DNA from: a virus
DNA length: 64,000 bases
Strand: one strand, 5' to 3'
IMG/VR virus record: IMGVR_UViG_3300027852_000039
Coordinates: 11,761 to 75,760 of that record
Position numbers and translations under genes: made by a program. The notes beneath the pieces were generated by a model, which was not told where the DNA came from, did no database searches, and was given only the letters and a program-made list of their open reading frames with translations. Numbering within the stretch: position 1 is the stretch's first letter; each line of letters begins with the position of its first letter. Below, piece by piece: positions 25,905 to 34,652 of the stretch.

Positions 25905-27280
25905 AGATCGGGTATCTATCATTCGGGCGCGACGACTTCTCGTACGGACTCGCGCTCGTCCTGTCCAGGATCAAGGACAAGTGCGAGACGTTCCGGGTGT
26001 CACCGAAAACCGCGAGGTACGCGGACGAGATCTTCTTCTCCCTATTTTGGTGGGAACACCTTTACCTTCTCGCGGACTTCCTCCGGAAAGCGGGTATCTC
26101 GAAGAACGAGGATCTCAAAAGTCGACCGCGTATCCGGATCGGAGGATATCAAACATTCAACCCTGTCCCTCTCCTCGCGTATGGTGACGAGGTCTTCGTC
26201 GGTGACGGCGAGGAGGGGTTCCCTCTTCGACTCTTCAAGAACGAAACTCCTCCCTCCCTTTATCTCTCGCACAAACAGAAGTCGGTCGAGTACGCTTGTG
26301 TCGAGAGTCTCCGAGGATTCTCCCACATCACGAACGACTTCACGCGCGTCGAGATCGCGCGCGGATGTCGCTACCGCTGTAAGTTCTGTCTCGTCTCCCA
26401 TCTGAAACCATACCGCGAAGTTCCGATCGAGGAGCTTCGTCCGCTCGTGCGGCGCTGCAAGACGAAGCGGATCTCTCTCTTCGCCCCTGAAGTCACGGCG
26501 TATTCGTCGGCAGAAGAGCTTGATTACCTCTGCGCGGAGAAGAAGCTCGTCCGGAGCGAACAGGACACGCGGATCGAGAACGTTCATCTCCGACAACAGA
26601 AGACGCTCCCGCAAGTGGGGATCGAGGGGATCTCCGAGCGATTGCGGAAGAGCGTTCGGAAAAACATCTCTGACGAGATTCTTCTCGAACAGGTCGCGAG
26701 GATGATCTCGCAAGGCAAGCGGGGACTCCGCGCATACTACATCCTCGGACTACCGGGAGAGACGTCGGAGGATTGGGACTCCTTCAAGGAGTTCCTCGTG
26801 AAGATGGGAAATCTTCCAGGAGCGGAGAAGTTCTCGTTCTTCCCGTACCCGAACGCGTTCAACGCGAACCCTCATACTCCGTTCGAGATGGAACCCGTCC
26901 GATGGGAGGTCGACTATCGAAAGAAGTGGACCGATCTCTTTTTCCTGAGAGGGTGCTCCATGGAGTCTCTTCCCTGGAAAATGAAAATCATGGCGTTCAC
27001 GAGGATGCACGGACCCGCGTCCAGGATCCTCGCTCAGATCGCGTTGAGAGCGGGAGAGGAGTTCTTCGACCTGGAGAGGGACTTGTCTCGGAGAGGAGTG
27101 ATCCGGATCCAGAAGACCCGCGTCGTCTGCAAGAGTGCAGACGCGCTCGTCGATGCGTTGAAGAAGTGGGGAGGGGTTGAGCGATATTGCGGAGTCCCGA
27201 AGGAAACTCCATGGAAGAAGGTCAAGCTTCAGAAACCCAAAGAGAAGGGGAAAGACAATGGGGATACTACAGGACGTTAA
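25901..27280 (+). CDS. radical SAM protein (B12-binding-domain-like class)
   Basis: GDGEE, VEIARGCRYRCKFC, GIEGISERLRK, YILGLPGET, PHTPF. Confidence 0.9.
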   Translation: MKIGYLSFGRDDFSYGLALVLSRIKDKCETFRVSPKTARYADEIFFSLFWWEHLYLLADFLRKAGISKNEDLKSRPRIRIGGYQTFNPVPLLAYGDEVFVGDGEEGFPLRLFKNETPPSLYLSHKQKSVEYACVESLRGFSHITNDFTRVEIARGCRYRCKFCLVSHLKPYREVPIEELRPLVRRCKTKRISLFAPEVTAYSSAEELDYLCAEKKLVRSEQDTRIENVHLRQQKTLPQVGIEGISERLRKSVRKNISDEILLEQVARMISQGKRGLRAYYILGLPGETSEDWDSFKEFLVKMGNLPGAEKFSFFPYPNAFNANPHTPFEMEPVRWEVDYRKKWTDLFFLRGCSMESLPWKMKIMAFTRMHGPASRILAQIALRAGEEFFDLERDLSRRGVIRIQKTRVVCKSADALVDALKKWGGVERYCGVPKETPWKKVKLQKPKEKGKDNGDTTGR

Positions 27281-27689
27281 AAGCTTCATTCAGGAAGTCG
27301 TCGAGTATCTCACGAGCGAAGAGGGACAGGAGAAGGTGAGCGATACAGTGAAGAACCTTGTCGATCTCGCGAAGGCCGCGATCTTCATCCTGTCGTTATT
27401 CAACCATCCGCTGACACCGACAGAGAAGCGGGAACTTCTCCGGAGGTTTTTTGAGATCCTCCGCAAGATGGATCCGCGAGACTTGGACCTGTTGATCGAG
27501 GTCGTCCAGTCCAGAGCGATTCGATCGATGAGCGATGCGGAACTCGATGCGCTCGTCGGGATCGTCCTCGCGATCACGCTGGAGGATCAAGTCATCGATA
27601 CCTTCGCGTCTTCCGAGATGGGAGGAAAGAGGATGAAAGGACCGCTTCCAACCGAGTTCAAGAGGAGAGGGAAAACCCACAAGAAGTAA
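27258..27689 (+). CDS. hypothetical helical protein
   Basis: RBS, overlap coupling. Confidence 0.65.
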   Translation: MGILQDVKSFIQEVVEYLTSEEGQEKVSDTVKNLVDLAKAAIFILSLFNHPLTPTEKRELLRRFFEILRKMDPRDLDLLIEVVQSRAIRSMSDAELDALVGIVLAITLEDQVIDTFASSEMGGKRMKGPLPTEFKRRGKTHKK

Positions 27690-27701
27690 AGGGAGGGAGT
27701 C

Positions 27702-27974
27702 ATGTCAAAGACGGAAGCAATCTATGAAGGTCTTCTGTGGGTCGGAGCGGCGTTGCTCCTGTATTTCTGCGGGAAGCATGGACTCGCAGACACGAAGACG
27801 CTCTCGACGCTCCTCGGGGTTCTGATCGGCGCTGTTGCGAGACAGTTCGGGTCAACGTGGTCGAACGCGAAGCAAGGCGCGGCGCTCACGAAAGAAGACA
27901 TCGAGGCGCTTCTCAGGCAACCGATTCCATTGGACGTAACGGCGCTTCGAGAAGCTCTGAGGGAACAAGGATGA
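27702..27974 (+). CDS. small 2-TM membrane protein (holin-like)
   Basis: Two hydrophobic segments with a charged tail. Confidence 0.55.
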   Translation: MSKTEAIYEGLLWVGAALLLYFCGKHGLADTKTLSTLLGVLIGAVARQFGSTWSNAKQGAALTKEDIEALLRQPIPLDVTALREALREQG

Positions 27975-28312
27975 GACACCAACAGTACAATCTCCGGATA
28001 GAGGTCGAGGAGAAGCGGACCGTCATTCGGATGTCCAAGCTCGGGATGTTGGACATCCTGTCCGCGTTGAGCAATCTGAACCGGATGTCGACAGAGATCT
28101 CGGAGAAGGAGTGGAGGGAGAGGGACGAACCGTTCGTCGTGCGGTTTCTGAGTAAACCGCTCGGAAACATCGAATGGATACTCGATCCGAAATTCGAGCG
28201 CGAGATCCTGGAGCAACAGCGCGCGGAAATCGAGGAAAGAGTCCGCAAGACATGGGGAGCGGCAAATGAGACGAAGGTATTGTCCATGCGGAGCAAGGAT
28301 CGCGGAGGATGA
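27971..28312 (+). CDS. hypothetical protein
   Basis: ATGA overlap. Confidence 0.6.
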   Translation: MRHQQYNLRIEVEEKRTVIRMSKLGMLDILSALSNLNRMSTEISEKEWRERDEPFVVRFLSKPLGNIEWILDPKFEREILEQQRAEIEERVRKTWGAANETKVLSMRSKDRGG

Positions 28313-28772
28313 CAACCCGTGTCCTTTTTGTGGGAAGGAGCGGGAGACGAAGCCGTCGATGTTCACGACGCCGACGTTCTTTCAGGAGAAGGATCCCGTC
28401 AAACTTCTCACAGTGATCGAGGACTACATTGACAAAGGACCGTTCGACGATTCACACATCACGAAGTCGTTTCCGATGATCCCCTTCGTGGAGATCATCG
28501 GAAACGACATGGGGTTAGGGTGCGAGATAACGAAAGACCTGATCTCGAAGACGACGAGTAACTCGCCCATCATGTACTACAAAATGCTTCAGGCGCAAAA
28601 GGACAAGGAGATCGAGAAGCTCAAGGAAGAGATGCGCGGGGAGATCATCAAGGAGCTTGGAATCCCGAAGTCGATCCTGAACATGCGGACTGGACCGGCG
28701 AAGAAGGAGAAGCGAAGACCCACGGAGCGAACCCGGAGGATCATTCGTCCGGGGATGAAGAAGGAGGAATAA
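28266..28772 (+). CDS. Zn-ribbon protein with portal-stem-like segment and C-terminal TRRIIRP
   Basis: CPCG...CPFCG; QKDKEIEKLKEEMRGEIIKELGIP resembles portal QRDMDFGGLRKMAREEVCAILGVP. Confidence 0.7.
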   Translation: MRRRYCPCGARIAEDDNPCPFCGKERETKPSMFTTPTFFQEKDPVKLLTVIEDYIDKGPFDDSHITKSFPMIPFVEIIGNDMGLGCEITKDLISKTTSNSPIMYYKMLQAQKDKEIEKLKEEMRGEIIKELGIPKSILNMRTGPAKKEKRRPTERTRRIIRPGMKKEE

Positions 28773-29272
28773 TGCGATATCCCAAACCGAAGACGTACTT
28801 CATCGAGGTCGACCATTATCTTTCGGACGAGGAACACGACAGGATGCTTCACGAGTGGGGGATGCGAAACCGGAGAATGGGATTCAAGGATGAGCTTATC
28901 CTCCTGGACGGCGGGATGCGTCTCGCGAATCCGGGATCCGTCTGGAAAGCGTTCGTCGGTGGGTTCCTCGTGGCGGCGATGGCGGCGCTCGTGTTCGCGG
29001 TCGTCATGGCGGCGGTCGAGGCAGAGGGAGCAATGCTTCGAAATCCCTTTGAGAGCAACGAGGATGCCGAAAACGAGGGGAATCTCCCTGGACAGATACA
29101 AGTGATCCAGGATTGGAAGGGGGACGATCTGACCTGTATTCCGTGGGAAGTGGCGTGTGTCGAGGACGGAGGGGAGAAGCTTCTCTGTATAATCCCATGC
29201 GGCGACGTCCGCGCGGATCCGGGGGATCTCCTCGTCTGTCCGGACGGACGTCAATACATAGCGGACCCATAA
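28772..29272 (+). CDS. membrane protein with portal-clip-like N-terminus
   Basis: LSDEEHDRMLHEW...LLDGGMRL vs portal LDDDQYDRVMAQW...ILDGGLKF; then a TM helix and Cys-rich tail. Confidence 0.7.
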   Translation: MRYPKPKTYFIEVDHYLSDEEHDRMLHEWGMRNRRMGFKDELILLDGGMRLANPGSVWKAFVGGFLVAAMAALVFAVVMAAVEAEGAMLRNPFESNEDAENEGNLPGQIQVIQDWKGDDLTCIPWEVACVEDGGEKLLCIIPCGDVRADPGDLLVCPDGRQYIADP

Positions 29273-29335
29273 GAAACAGACATCGACCGGAATCGATGTT
29301 GTAAAACGACGTACAGAAAGAGAGGAGAGTAAAAC

Positions 29336-29806
29336 ATGGCGAAATCAGGAAAGACAGCGGGAGCGGGAAGGGGAGGGGGAGGAGCGGCAGGGACGACAGT
29401 AAGCTCTGACGTCCTGGATATGCTCAAGAACATTCAACAGCTTGTGTCCTCGATGGCGACGAGAACCGTCACGAGTTCCGAGCAATACAGTGTCGGACAG
29501 GACATCGGAATCGACGAAGTACAGAAGACCGCGAGCGGCGTCCTGTCAACGGTCATGGCACAGGAAGCGCAAAAGATCCAGGCGCACGCGGACGGACTTC
29601 GGGACGCGCGGAACCTGTCGATCCAGTGTCACCTTGCATCCTTGCAAGCGATCGCGGGAGTGGGGAACGCGGTGGACAAGCTTCAGAACATCAACGAGAC
29701 GGACGCGATCGCGGCGACGATGGTCGAGGCGATGCAGCGGAATCCCGCGCTCATGGAGCTTGTTCTTGCAAAGCTCGGATCCGATCTTCTGGAGAAGAAT
29801 AATTAA
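29336..29806 (+). CDS. hypothetical protein (Gly/Ala-rich N-terminus, helical)
   Basis: GAGGAG RBS. Confidence 0.75.
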   Translation: MAKSGKTAGAGRGGGGAAGTTVSSDVLDMLKNIQQLVSSMATRTVTSSEQYSVGQDIGIDEVQKTASGVLSTVMAQEAQKIQAHADGLRDARNLSIQCHLASLQAIAGVGNAVDKLQNINETDAIAATMVEAMQRNPALMELVLAKLGSDLLEKNN

Positions 29807-29889
29807 CAAACCCACAATATGATTCCGGTCGGTGTTCTTTTTTTGGAGGACGACGAAAGCGCGAGGCGACGAAGGGTTGAGGGCTAATT

Positions 29890-30045
29890 ATGAGGGTATA
29901 TTGTCCAGCTTGTGGGGAATGGATCGATCAATCTGAGGAAATAGATCTATGTCCTGGAGACTCGATTCCGTGGGAATGCCCGGATTGCGGAATGAGGTTC
30001 TATATCGATGTGGAGTTCGACCAGACGCAGGGTGTTTTCGAATAG
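29890..30045 (+). CDS. small Zn-ribbon protein (51 aa)
   Basis: MRVYCPACGEWID...ECPDCGMRF; below ORF-track cutoff. Confidence 0.65.
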   Translation: MRVYCPACGEWIDQSEEIDLCPGDSIPWECPDCGMRFYIDVEFDQTQGVFE

Positions 30046-30059
30046 CGGGGGATAGAAGG

Positions 30060-30248
30060 ATGGCGATCGTAAAGACTTCTCAGAGAATAACGAACCTGTC
30101 GTTGACGCTCGAACACGAGGACGAGGTTTGCGCATTCGCAGAGATCATCGAATACGCAAAGTCGTACATGCACAAGCATTCGACGGGATCCCCCGGAGCG
30201 ATGGATTTGATCCGGAAGATCGAGGAGGGCGGGGTCAAGAGGAAATGA
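30060..30248 (+). CDS. hypothetical protein
   Basis: RBS, coupled to next gene. Confidence 0.55.
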   Translation: MAIVKTSQRITNLSLTLEHEDEVCAFAEIIEYAKSYMHKHSTGSPGAMDLIRKIEEGGVKRK

Positions 30249-30751
30249 GAGCGGACCTGTTTGACTGGAGAGGCGCGCTTTTCTCGGAGGACCGGAAGCA
30301 TCGGTTCGCCTTGTGGCGATTGTGGCGTCCTTCCGGAGCGTACGTGACGTTCGTTCTTCTGAACCCATCGACAGCGGACGAGGAGCGGGACGACCCTACG
30401 ATCCGAAGGTGTATCGGGTACGCGGAGAAGTGGGGGTTCGGGGGAGTCGTGATTCTGAACCTGTTCAGCTTCCGGACGTACAACCCGAAGGAGATGAGGG
30501 AGCAAGGCGCGGGAGCGAATCTCCCGGAGAACGACGACTTCATTCGATGGTTTAATCGCGGATCGTGGGAGACGGTTTGCGCGTGGGGAGCGCACGGGAA
30601 CTTCCTCGGGAGAGCGCACGAGGTCTTCCCGATGATAAGTAATCCGAGATGTCTGTCGAGAACGAAGGACGGCGAACCCTCGCATCCGCTTTACCTGAAG
30701 AAAACACTCAGGACAAGGAGATATCACCGTGAAGGAAGAGGACAAGGTTGA
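30245..30751 (+). CDS. DUF1643 family protein
   Basis: HRFALWRLW, LLNPSTAD...DDPTIRRC, NLFSFR, VCAWG, TKDGEPSHPLYL. Confidence 0.92.
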   Translation: MRADLFDWRGALFSEDRKHRFALWRLWRPSGAYVTFVLLNPSTADEERDDPTIRRCIGYAEKWGFGGVVILNLFSFRTYNPKEMREQGAGANLPENDDFIRWFNRGSWETVCAWGAHGNFLGRAHEVFPMISNPRCLSRTKDGEPSHPLYLKKTLRTRRYHREGRGQG

Positions 30752-31055
30752 TTTCAAGATGCCGTCAGACGAGGAGATCGCGCTCGTCGGAGACGGAACC
30801 GAGGGGTTGACGACCCACGAGCGGAAGGGATGGTTCGACTCCGGACGACTGAGGGGATTCATCGATCTCGCGCGGATGGTCGTCTCCTCGCGGAAGCGGG
30901 AACCGAAGCACGGCGTAAAGGCGTCGCGTGGAAGGAGGATGAGGAGATCCGATCGACGTCACGCGGCGAACAAGGTCGCGCGGCGATCGCGGAAGACGAG
31001 CGCGAAGAGTGGAGCGACGGGGAGTTCCCGTCAGACCTGGAGGAAGAAGCGGTGA
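30729..31055 (+). CDS. hypothetical basic protein
   Basis: AAGGAG RBS, GTG start; Arg-rich tail. Confidence 0.55.
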   Translation: MKEEDKVDFKMPSDEEIALVGDGTEGLTTHERKGWFDSGRLRGFIDLARMVVSSRKREPKHGVKASRGRRMRRSDRRHAANKVARRSRKTSAKSGATGSSRQTWRKKR

Positions 31056-31246
31056 GCGTAAACAAGGAGATGTTCGTCCCTGTGGATCTGTGGGAAGAGA
31101 TCATGAAGACGCTTCGGACGTATGCGTCTCCACTCATGTATCGGGGACATTGGAATCGGCCGGCGACTATTCTCGTCCACGACAAAGGGGAGCAAGCTCG
31201 CGCGATCCTGGAGAGGATCAAGGAGAAAGGACTCCCCACAAAATGA
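31052..31246 (+). CDS. hypothetical protein
   Basis: GTGA overlap; LRTYA...DKGEQARAIL. Confidence 0.6.
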   Translation: MSVNKEMFVPVDLWEEIMKTLRTYASPLMYRGHWNRPATILVHDKGEQARAILERIKEKGLPTK

Positions 31247-31260
31247 AGGAGGAAAAAGAG

Positions 31261-31767
31261 ATGAAGACATTCCAGAAACCAGTCGGACCCGGAACGGTCC
31301 GGACAGAGACGATCGAGATCTACGAGGGGGAGGACGCGTGTCCGGAGTGTGAGGGATGGAAGTATATCGCGAACGACGAGGAGGGAACGTCGTGGCGTGC
31401 GTGGGACGAGCTTCCGGGGATGTCGAAGGGAGCGATCCGCGCGGGAGTGGTTCGTCCTCTCCCGTGTCCGAGATGCCGGGGAGAAGGGAGAGAACCGATT
31501 GAAGAGGAGGAGGTTCCGACCCTGGACATTGAACCGAAGCGTCCGAAGCTCTCGGTCGACTTTCTCTTCGAGATCGGGGAGATGGTTCGGACGCCGTTCA
31601 AGACAAGAGGGATCGTGAGGATGCTCGGGTTCGATGACGGGGGAGCGAAGATCAACGTTCAGACGGAGAAGGGAGCGGAGTGGTTCACTCAGGACGAGCT
31701 TGTCGCGGCGTATGTGGACGCGGAGGTCGAGAGGAAGATCCCCTGTACGGTTGAGGCGGTACGATGA
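31261..31767 (+). CDS. hypothetical protein with CxxCxGxG-type Zn finger
   Basis: CPECEGW...CPRCRGEG; SH3-like tail. Confidence 0.7.
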   Translation: MKTFQKPVGPGTVRTETIEIYEGEDACPECEGWKYIANDEEGTSWRAWDELPGMSKGAIRAGVVRPLPCPRCRGEGREPIEEEEVPTLDIEPKRPKLSVDFLFEIGEMVRTPFKTRGIVRMLGFDDGGAKINVQTEKGAEWFTQDELVAAYVDAEVERKIPCTVEAVR

Positions 31768-32135
31768 AGACGGGTCCATGCACGGAGCGCTGTCCGGACG
31801 ATTGTCCATACAGAGATCTCGTGAAATCTGAGTGTCGGAAGTTCGACCCGAGGAGACTGAAGGGGGAGTGTTCCCTCTACGTCGCGAGCGAGGCGGGGGT
31901 CGTGCATGGAGAGGAGGACTTCTTGGTTGCGAACAAGGAGAACCGCTTCTCCCCGTGGAAGTGGAAAGCTCCGAAGAATCAGGGGAGGGTCAAGAGATTG
32001 CGGAGTGGAGAGTCGATCGGGGACGTGTCCAGGGACACGGGGATATCGGCGGCGAAGCTCGGAAAGTGGATGAAAGAAGACGTCATCGGAGAAGCAAGAG
32101 AAGAGGAACGAAAGGAGGTGGTTTGCGATGAGTGA
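31764..32135 (+). CDS. Cys-rich protein with C-terminal HTH
   Basis: GESIGDVSRDTGISAAKLGKW. Confidence 0.6.
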   Translation: MKTGPCTERCPDDCPYRDLVKSECRKFDPRRLKGECSLYVASEAGVVHGEEDFLVANKENRFSPWKWKAPKNQGRVKRLRSGESIGDVSRDTGISAAKLGKWMKEDVIGEAREEERKEVVCDE

Positions 32136-32691
32136 GGACATTCGAGCGCGATGCGCGATCCATACGAACAACTCTCTCGGGATCGTTGAATACGAGGGAG
32201 AGGACGGAATCCGGACCCTGAGCGTGGGACAGTGCGGAACGTGCATGAAGAACCGGGAGAAGTGGGCGAAAGACAAGGCGATCTCTGCGATGGTTCTCGC
32301 GATCGATTCCTTCAAACTGGAGGACATTATGAAGATCGTCGAGGGGATTCTCGCGCGGTTGAGTCCGGACAGCAACTTGAAGATCGCGGAGGACATCGTC
32401 CTGTCCCTGGGCATGGACAGGTTGATCGCTTTGGAGGGAACGGTCGGGACACAACAGGCGGCCCTTCACGCGAGGGAAGGAGGTAAGCGTGATTCTGGGG
32501 ATCCTCTCGTCATGAACAGGATCGTCAAGGAGATCGTCGATAGATCGGACATGCTCCGACCTGGAGGGGTCGTCGAGGTAGCGAACAGGATCGTGAAGGA
32601 GATGGATCTTGAGGCTCTCGCGGAGTTTGATTTCGAGATCTCTGCAAGAATGTCGGAGCTTGAAGCAAAAAGGAAGGAGTCGGAGCGATGA
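32128..32691 (+). CDS. hypothetical protein
   Basis: GGAGG RBS. Confidence 0.7.
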   Translation: MSEDIRARCAIHTNNSLGIVEYEGEDGIRTLSVGQCGTCMKNREKWAKDKAISAMVLAIDSFKLEDIMKIVEGILARLSPDSNLKIAEDIVLSLGMDRLIALEGTVGTQQAALHAREGGKRDSGDPLVMNRIVKEIVDRSDMLRPGGVVEVANRIVKEMDLEALAEFDFEISARMSELEAKRKESER

Positions 32692-32954
32692 AAACGAAGG
32701 AGATCAGGAACGATACGCAGTTAATGCAATACGCGATCTCGATCATCGAGGAACTGAGGGACGAGAAGTCCGGACACGTCTGGACGGTGAGGATTCAACT
32801 CGGGGGGATGCGCGCGAGACTCGATCGGTTGACCTACGAAGAAGTGACGCATTTGTCCGGGTTCCTCTTGAACATCCAGGGGATAGAGGTCGAGGTTGTC
32901 AAGACGAAGGAGCTTCAAGAGAGGGAGGAAGAGGAGAAGAGCGGGGGAGATTGA
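32688..32954 (+). CDS. hypothetical protein
   Basis: ATGA overlap. Confidence 0.65.
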   Translation: MKTKEIRNDTQLMQYAISIIEELRDEKSGHVWTVRIQLGGMRARLDRLTYEEVTHLSGFLLNIQGIEVEVVKTKELQEREEEEKSGGD

Positions 32955-33083
32955 GGGACGGAAAAGGGGTTGAAGCGAAGCATGTAGACAAAACGACGGA
33001 CTTGTGAACTCTCGGAATGAGGCAAAGTCCGCGATTCCAAACGAGAAGCATGAATGATGTGTACACTTCTATAAAAAAGATCA

Positions 33084-33563
33084 ATGGCGACGACGAAACG
33101 CGAGCGACAAGAGGAGTTCCTTTTCCTGTATCCTCAATGCGGGTATTCGATCACTCGGACGATCCGGAAGATGAGTCCTCCTCTTCATCGGAATCAGGTC
33201 TATCGATGGAAGTCGGAGAAGGGCTTTAAGGAAAAACTCGCGGCGCTCGACATGGAGCAAGCGGACATCGCAAAGGATCAGATGTGGAGATGGTTCATCG
33301 TTCCCACGAAGGTCAAAGAGGACAAGGACGGAAACCCGGAGATAGATCCGGAGACGGGAGAGGAGAAGCGGATCCCCGCGAAACCGAATCTCACAGCGTT
33401 GATCTTCTGGATGAATATGACGGGAGACTTCGTCGGGTTCGACTTGGAGAAGGTACTCAAACAGGAAGAGCTTCAGCGGAAGAACAAGGAGCGGACGAAG
33501 AAGAAGGGTCGGAGGATCGTTCGTCCATCTGACGTGAAAGCGGTGAAGAAGGAGAAGTCATGA
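33084..33563 (+). CDS. terminase small subunit-like HTH protein with C-terminal GRRIVRP
   Basis: N-terminal HTH (RNQVYRWK...F), PNLTALIFW motif typical of TerS; heads the late region. Confidence 0.65.
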   Translation: MATTKRERQEEFLFLYPQCGYSITRTIRKMSPPLHRNQVYRWKSEKGFKEKLAALDMEQADIAKDQMWRWFIVPTKVKEDKDGNPEIDPETGEEKRIPAKPNLTALIFWMNMTGDFVGFDLEKVLKQEELQRKNKERTKKKGRRIVRPSDVKAVKKEKS

Positions 33564-33862
33564 CGGTCGACCTGTTGCATATTTCTCTCGTCGGTGCGTG
33601 CGTCGTGTTCGTTGCGCTCGTCTTCTATCTTGGACAGAGGAGGGAGCGCTCGATCTGGATCCGGAGCGGTCGAGAGAACAGGTTCATGGTGTTCGGAGAC
33701 AGGAGGTTTTTCGTGTTCAACGCGACAGAATTTGATATAGTCGACCGCAAGACAGCGGAGGTAGTTGCGGAAGCGGCGCAACGGGGAGAGAATCCCGTCA
33801 AGCGAATCACGAAGGCGTTCCGAGCTTTTCGGGAAGAGATGTCTTCGAAGAAGGAGTCGTAG
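33560..33862 (+). CDS. membrane-anchored hypothetical protein
   Basis: N-terminal TM. Confidence 0.65.
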   Translation: MTVDLLHISLVGACVVFVALVFYLGQRRERSIWIRSGRENRFMVFGDRRFFVFNATEFDIVDRKTAEVVAEAAQRGENPVKRITKAFRAFREEMSSKKES

Positions 33863-33864
33863 TC

Positions 33865-34128
33865 GTGGCGAGGAAAGACGTCTCTGATCTTCAAGTCTGT
33901 TTCGTCTATTGGTTGAGATCGGACTTCCACTTCAAGCAATGGCCGGAACAGATCCTCTCGACGATCACGGGAGAACCGGAGAAGGTTTGCTTCCGAGCAA
34001 TGGAGCGCGCTTACGATCGTGATCTGATCGAGTACGGCATGTCGCTCCGAGCGGGATGGTTGAGCGATAAGGGGAGGGAGCTTCTCTCGAACGCTTCAGG
34101 AGAGGATCTCGGGAGGACCATCCATTGA
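33865..34128 (+). CDS. small winged-helix-like phage protein
   Basis: TGEPEKVCFRAMERA..R.LIEYGMSLRAGWLSDKG. Confidence 0.7.
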   Translation: MARKDVSDLQVCFVYWLRSDFHFKQWPEQILSTITGEPEKVCFRAMERAYDRDLIEYGMSLRAGWLSDKGRELLSNASGEDLGRTIH

Positions 34129-34652
34129 CGTTGACAGATGCGATCAAGCGACACGGACTCGGGAGCGATGAGACAGGAAGGGCGCTCCTTGCTTACGTGC
34201 GCGGAATTGTGTACAACAAGATGAACGCGGACAACGAGAAACAGCGGGAGATGATCGCTCGATGTGTCGCGGGAGGATGGGAAGCATTATCGAAGAACCG
34301 GAAGAAGCTTCAGACGGAGAATCATCACTTCGCGGAGCGGGTCGTCCGGTCGAGGGTTGCGAGTGTCTTCAGGACGTACAGAGCGGAGCGGAAGAGGGAG
34401 GGGATCTTCCTGTCGCTCCTGGACGTCGAGGAGTATGAACTCGCGACGAAACAGGAACTCCTTCTCGTGAGGATCCGAGACGAGATTCTTGACGAGATCG
34501 GAATCAAGGCGAAGTGCAAAGCGCGGAAGATGGCGCTCGACGTATTGCAAGGAAGGCGAGAGATCTCTTCGTATAGTGCGGAGGATCAACGAACCATCAA
34601 AACTTTCGTATGGAGGATTATCGATTATGTCGATCCTGATCCGTCCCCCTGA
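34125..34652 (+). CDS. possible sigma-factor-like protein
   Basis: Region-2-like pattern LLAYVRGIV...EMIA...WEAL...FAERVVRSRVASVFR; weak. Confidence 0.4.
   Translation: MTLTDAIKRHGLGSDETGRALLAYVRGIVYNKMNADNEKQREMIARCVAGGWEALSKNRKKLQTENHHFAERVVRSRVASVFRTYRAERKREGIFLSLLDVEEYELATKQELLLVRIRDEILDEIGIKAKCKARKMALDVLQGRREISSYSAEDQRTIKTFVWRIIDYVDPDPSP

Noticed and set aside
20159-33527. RR[IV][IV]RP motif as a DNA repeat (CGGAGGATCRTYCGTCC in three copies)
   Set aside because: Other copies use different synonymous codons, all are in frame, and spacing to the next start codon is not constant; a peptide-level motif fits better, though a DNA role is not excluded
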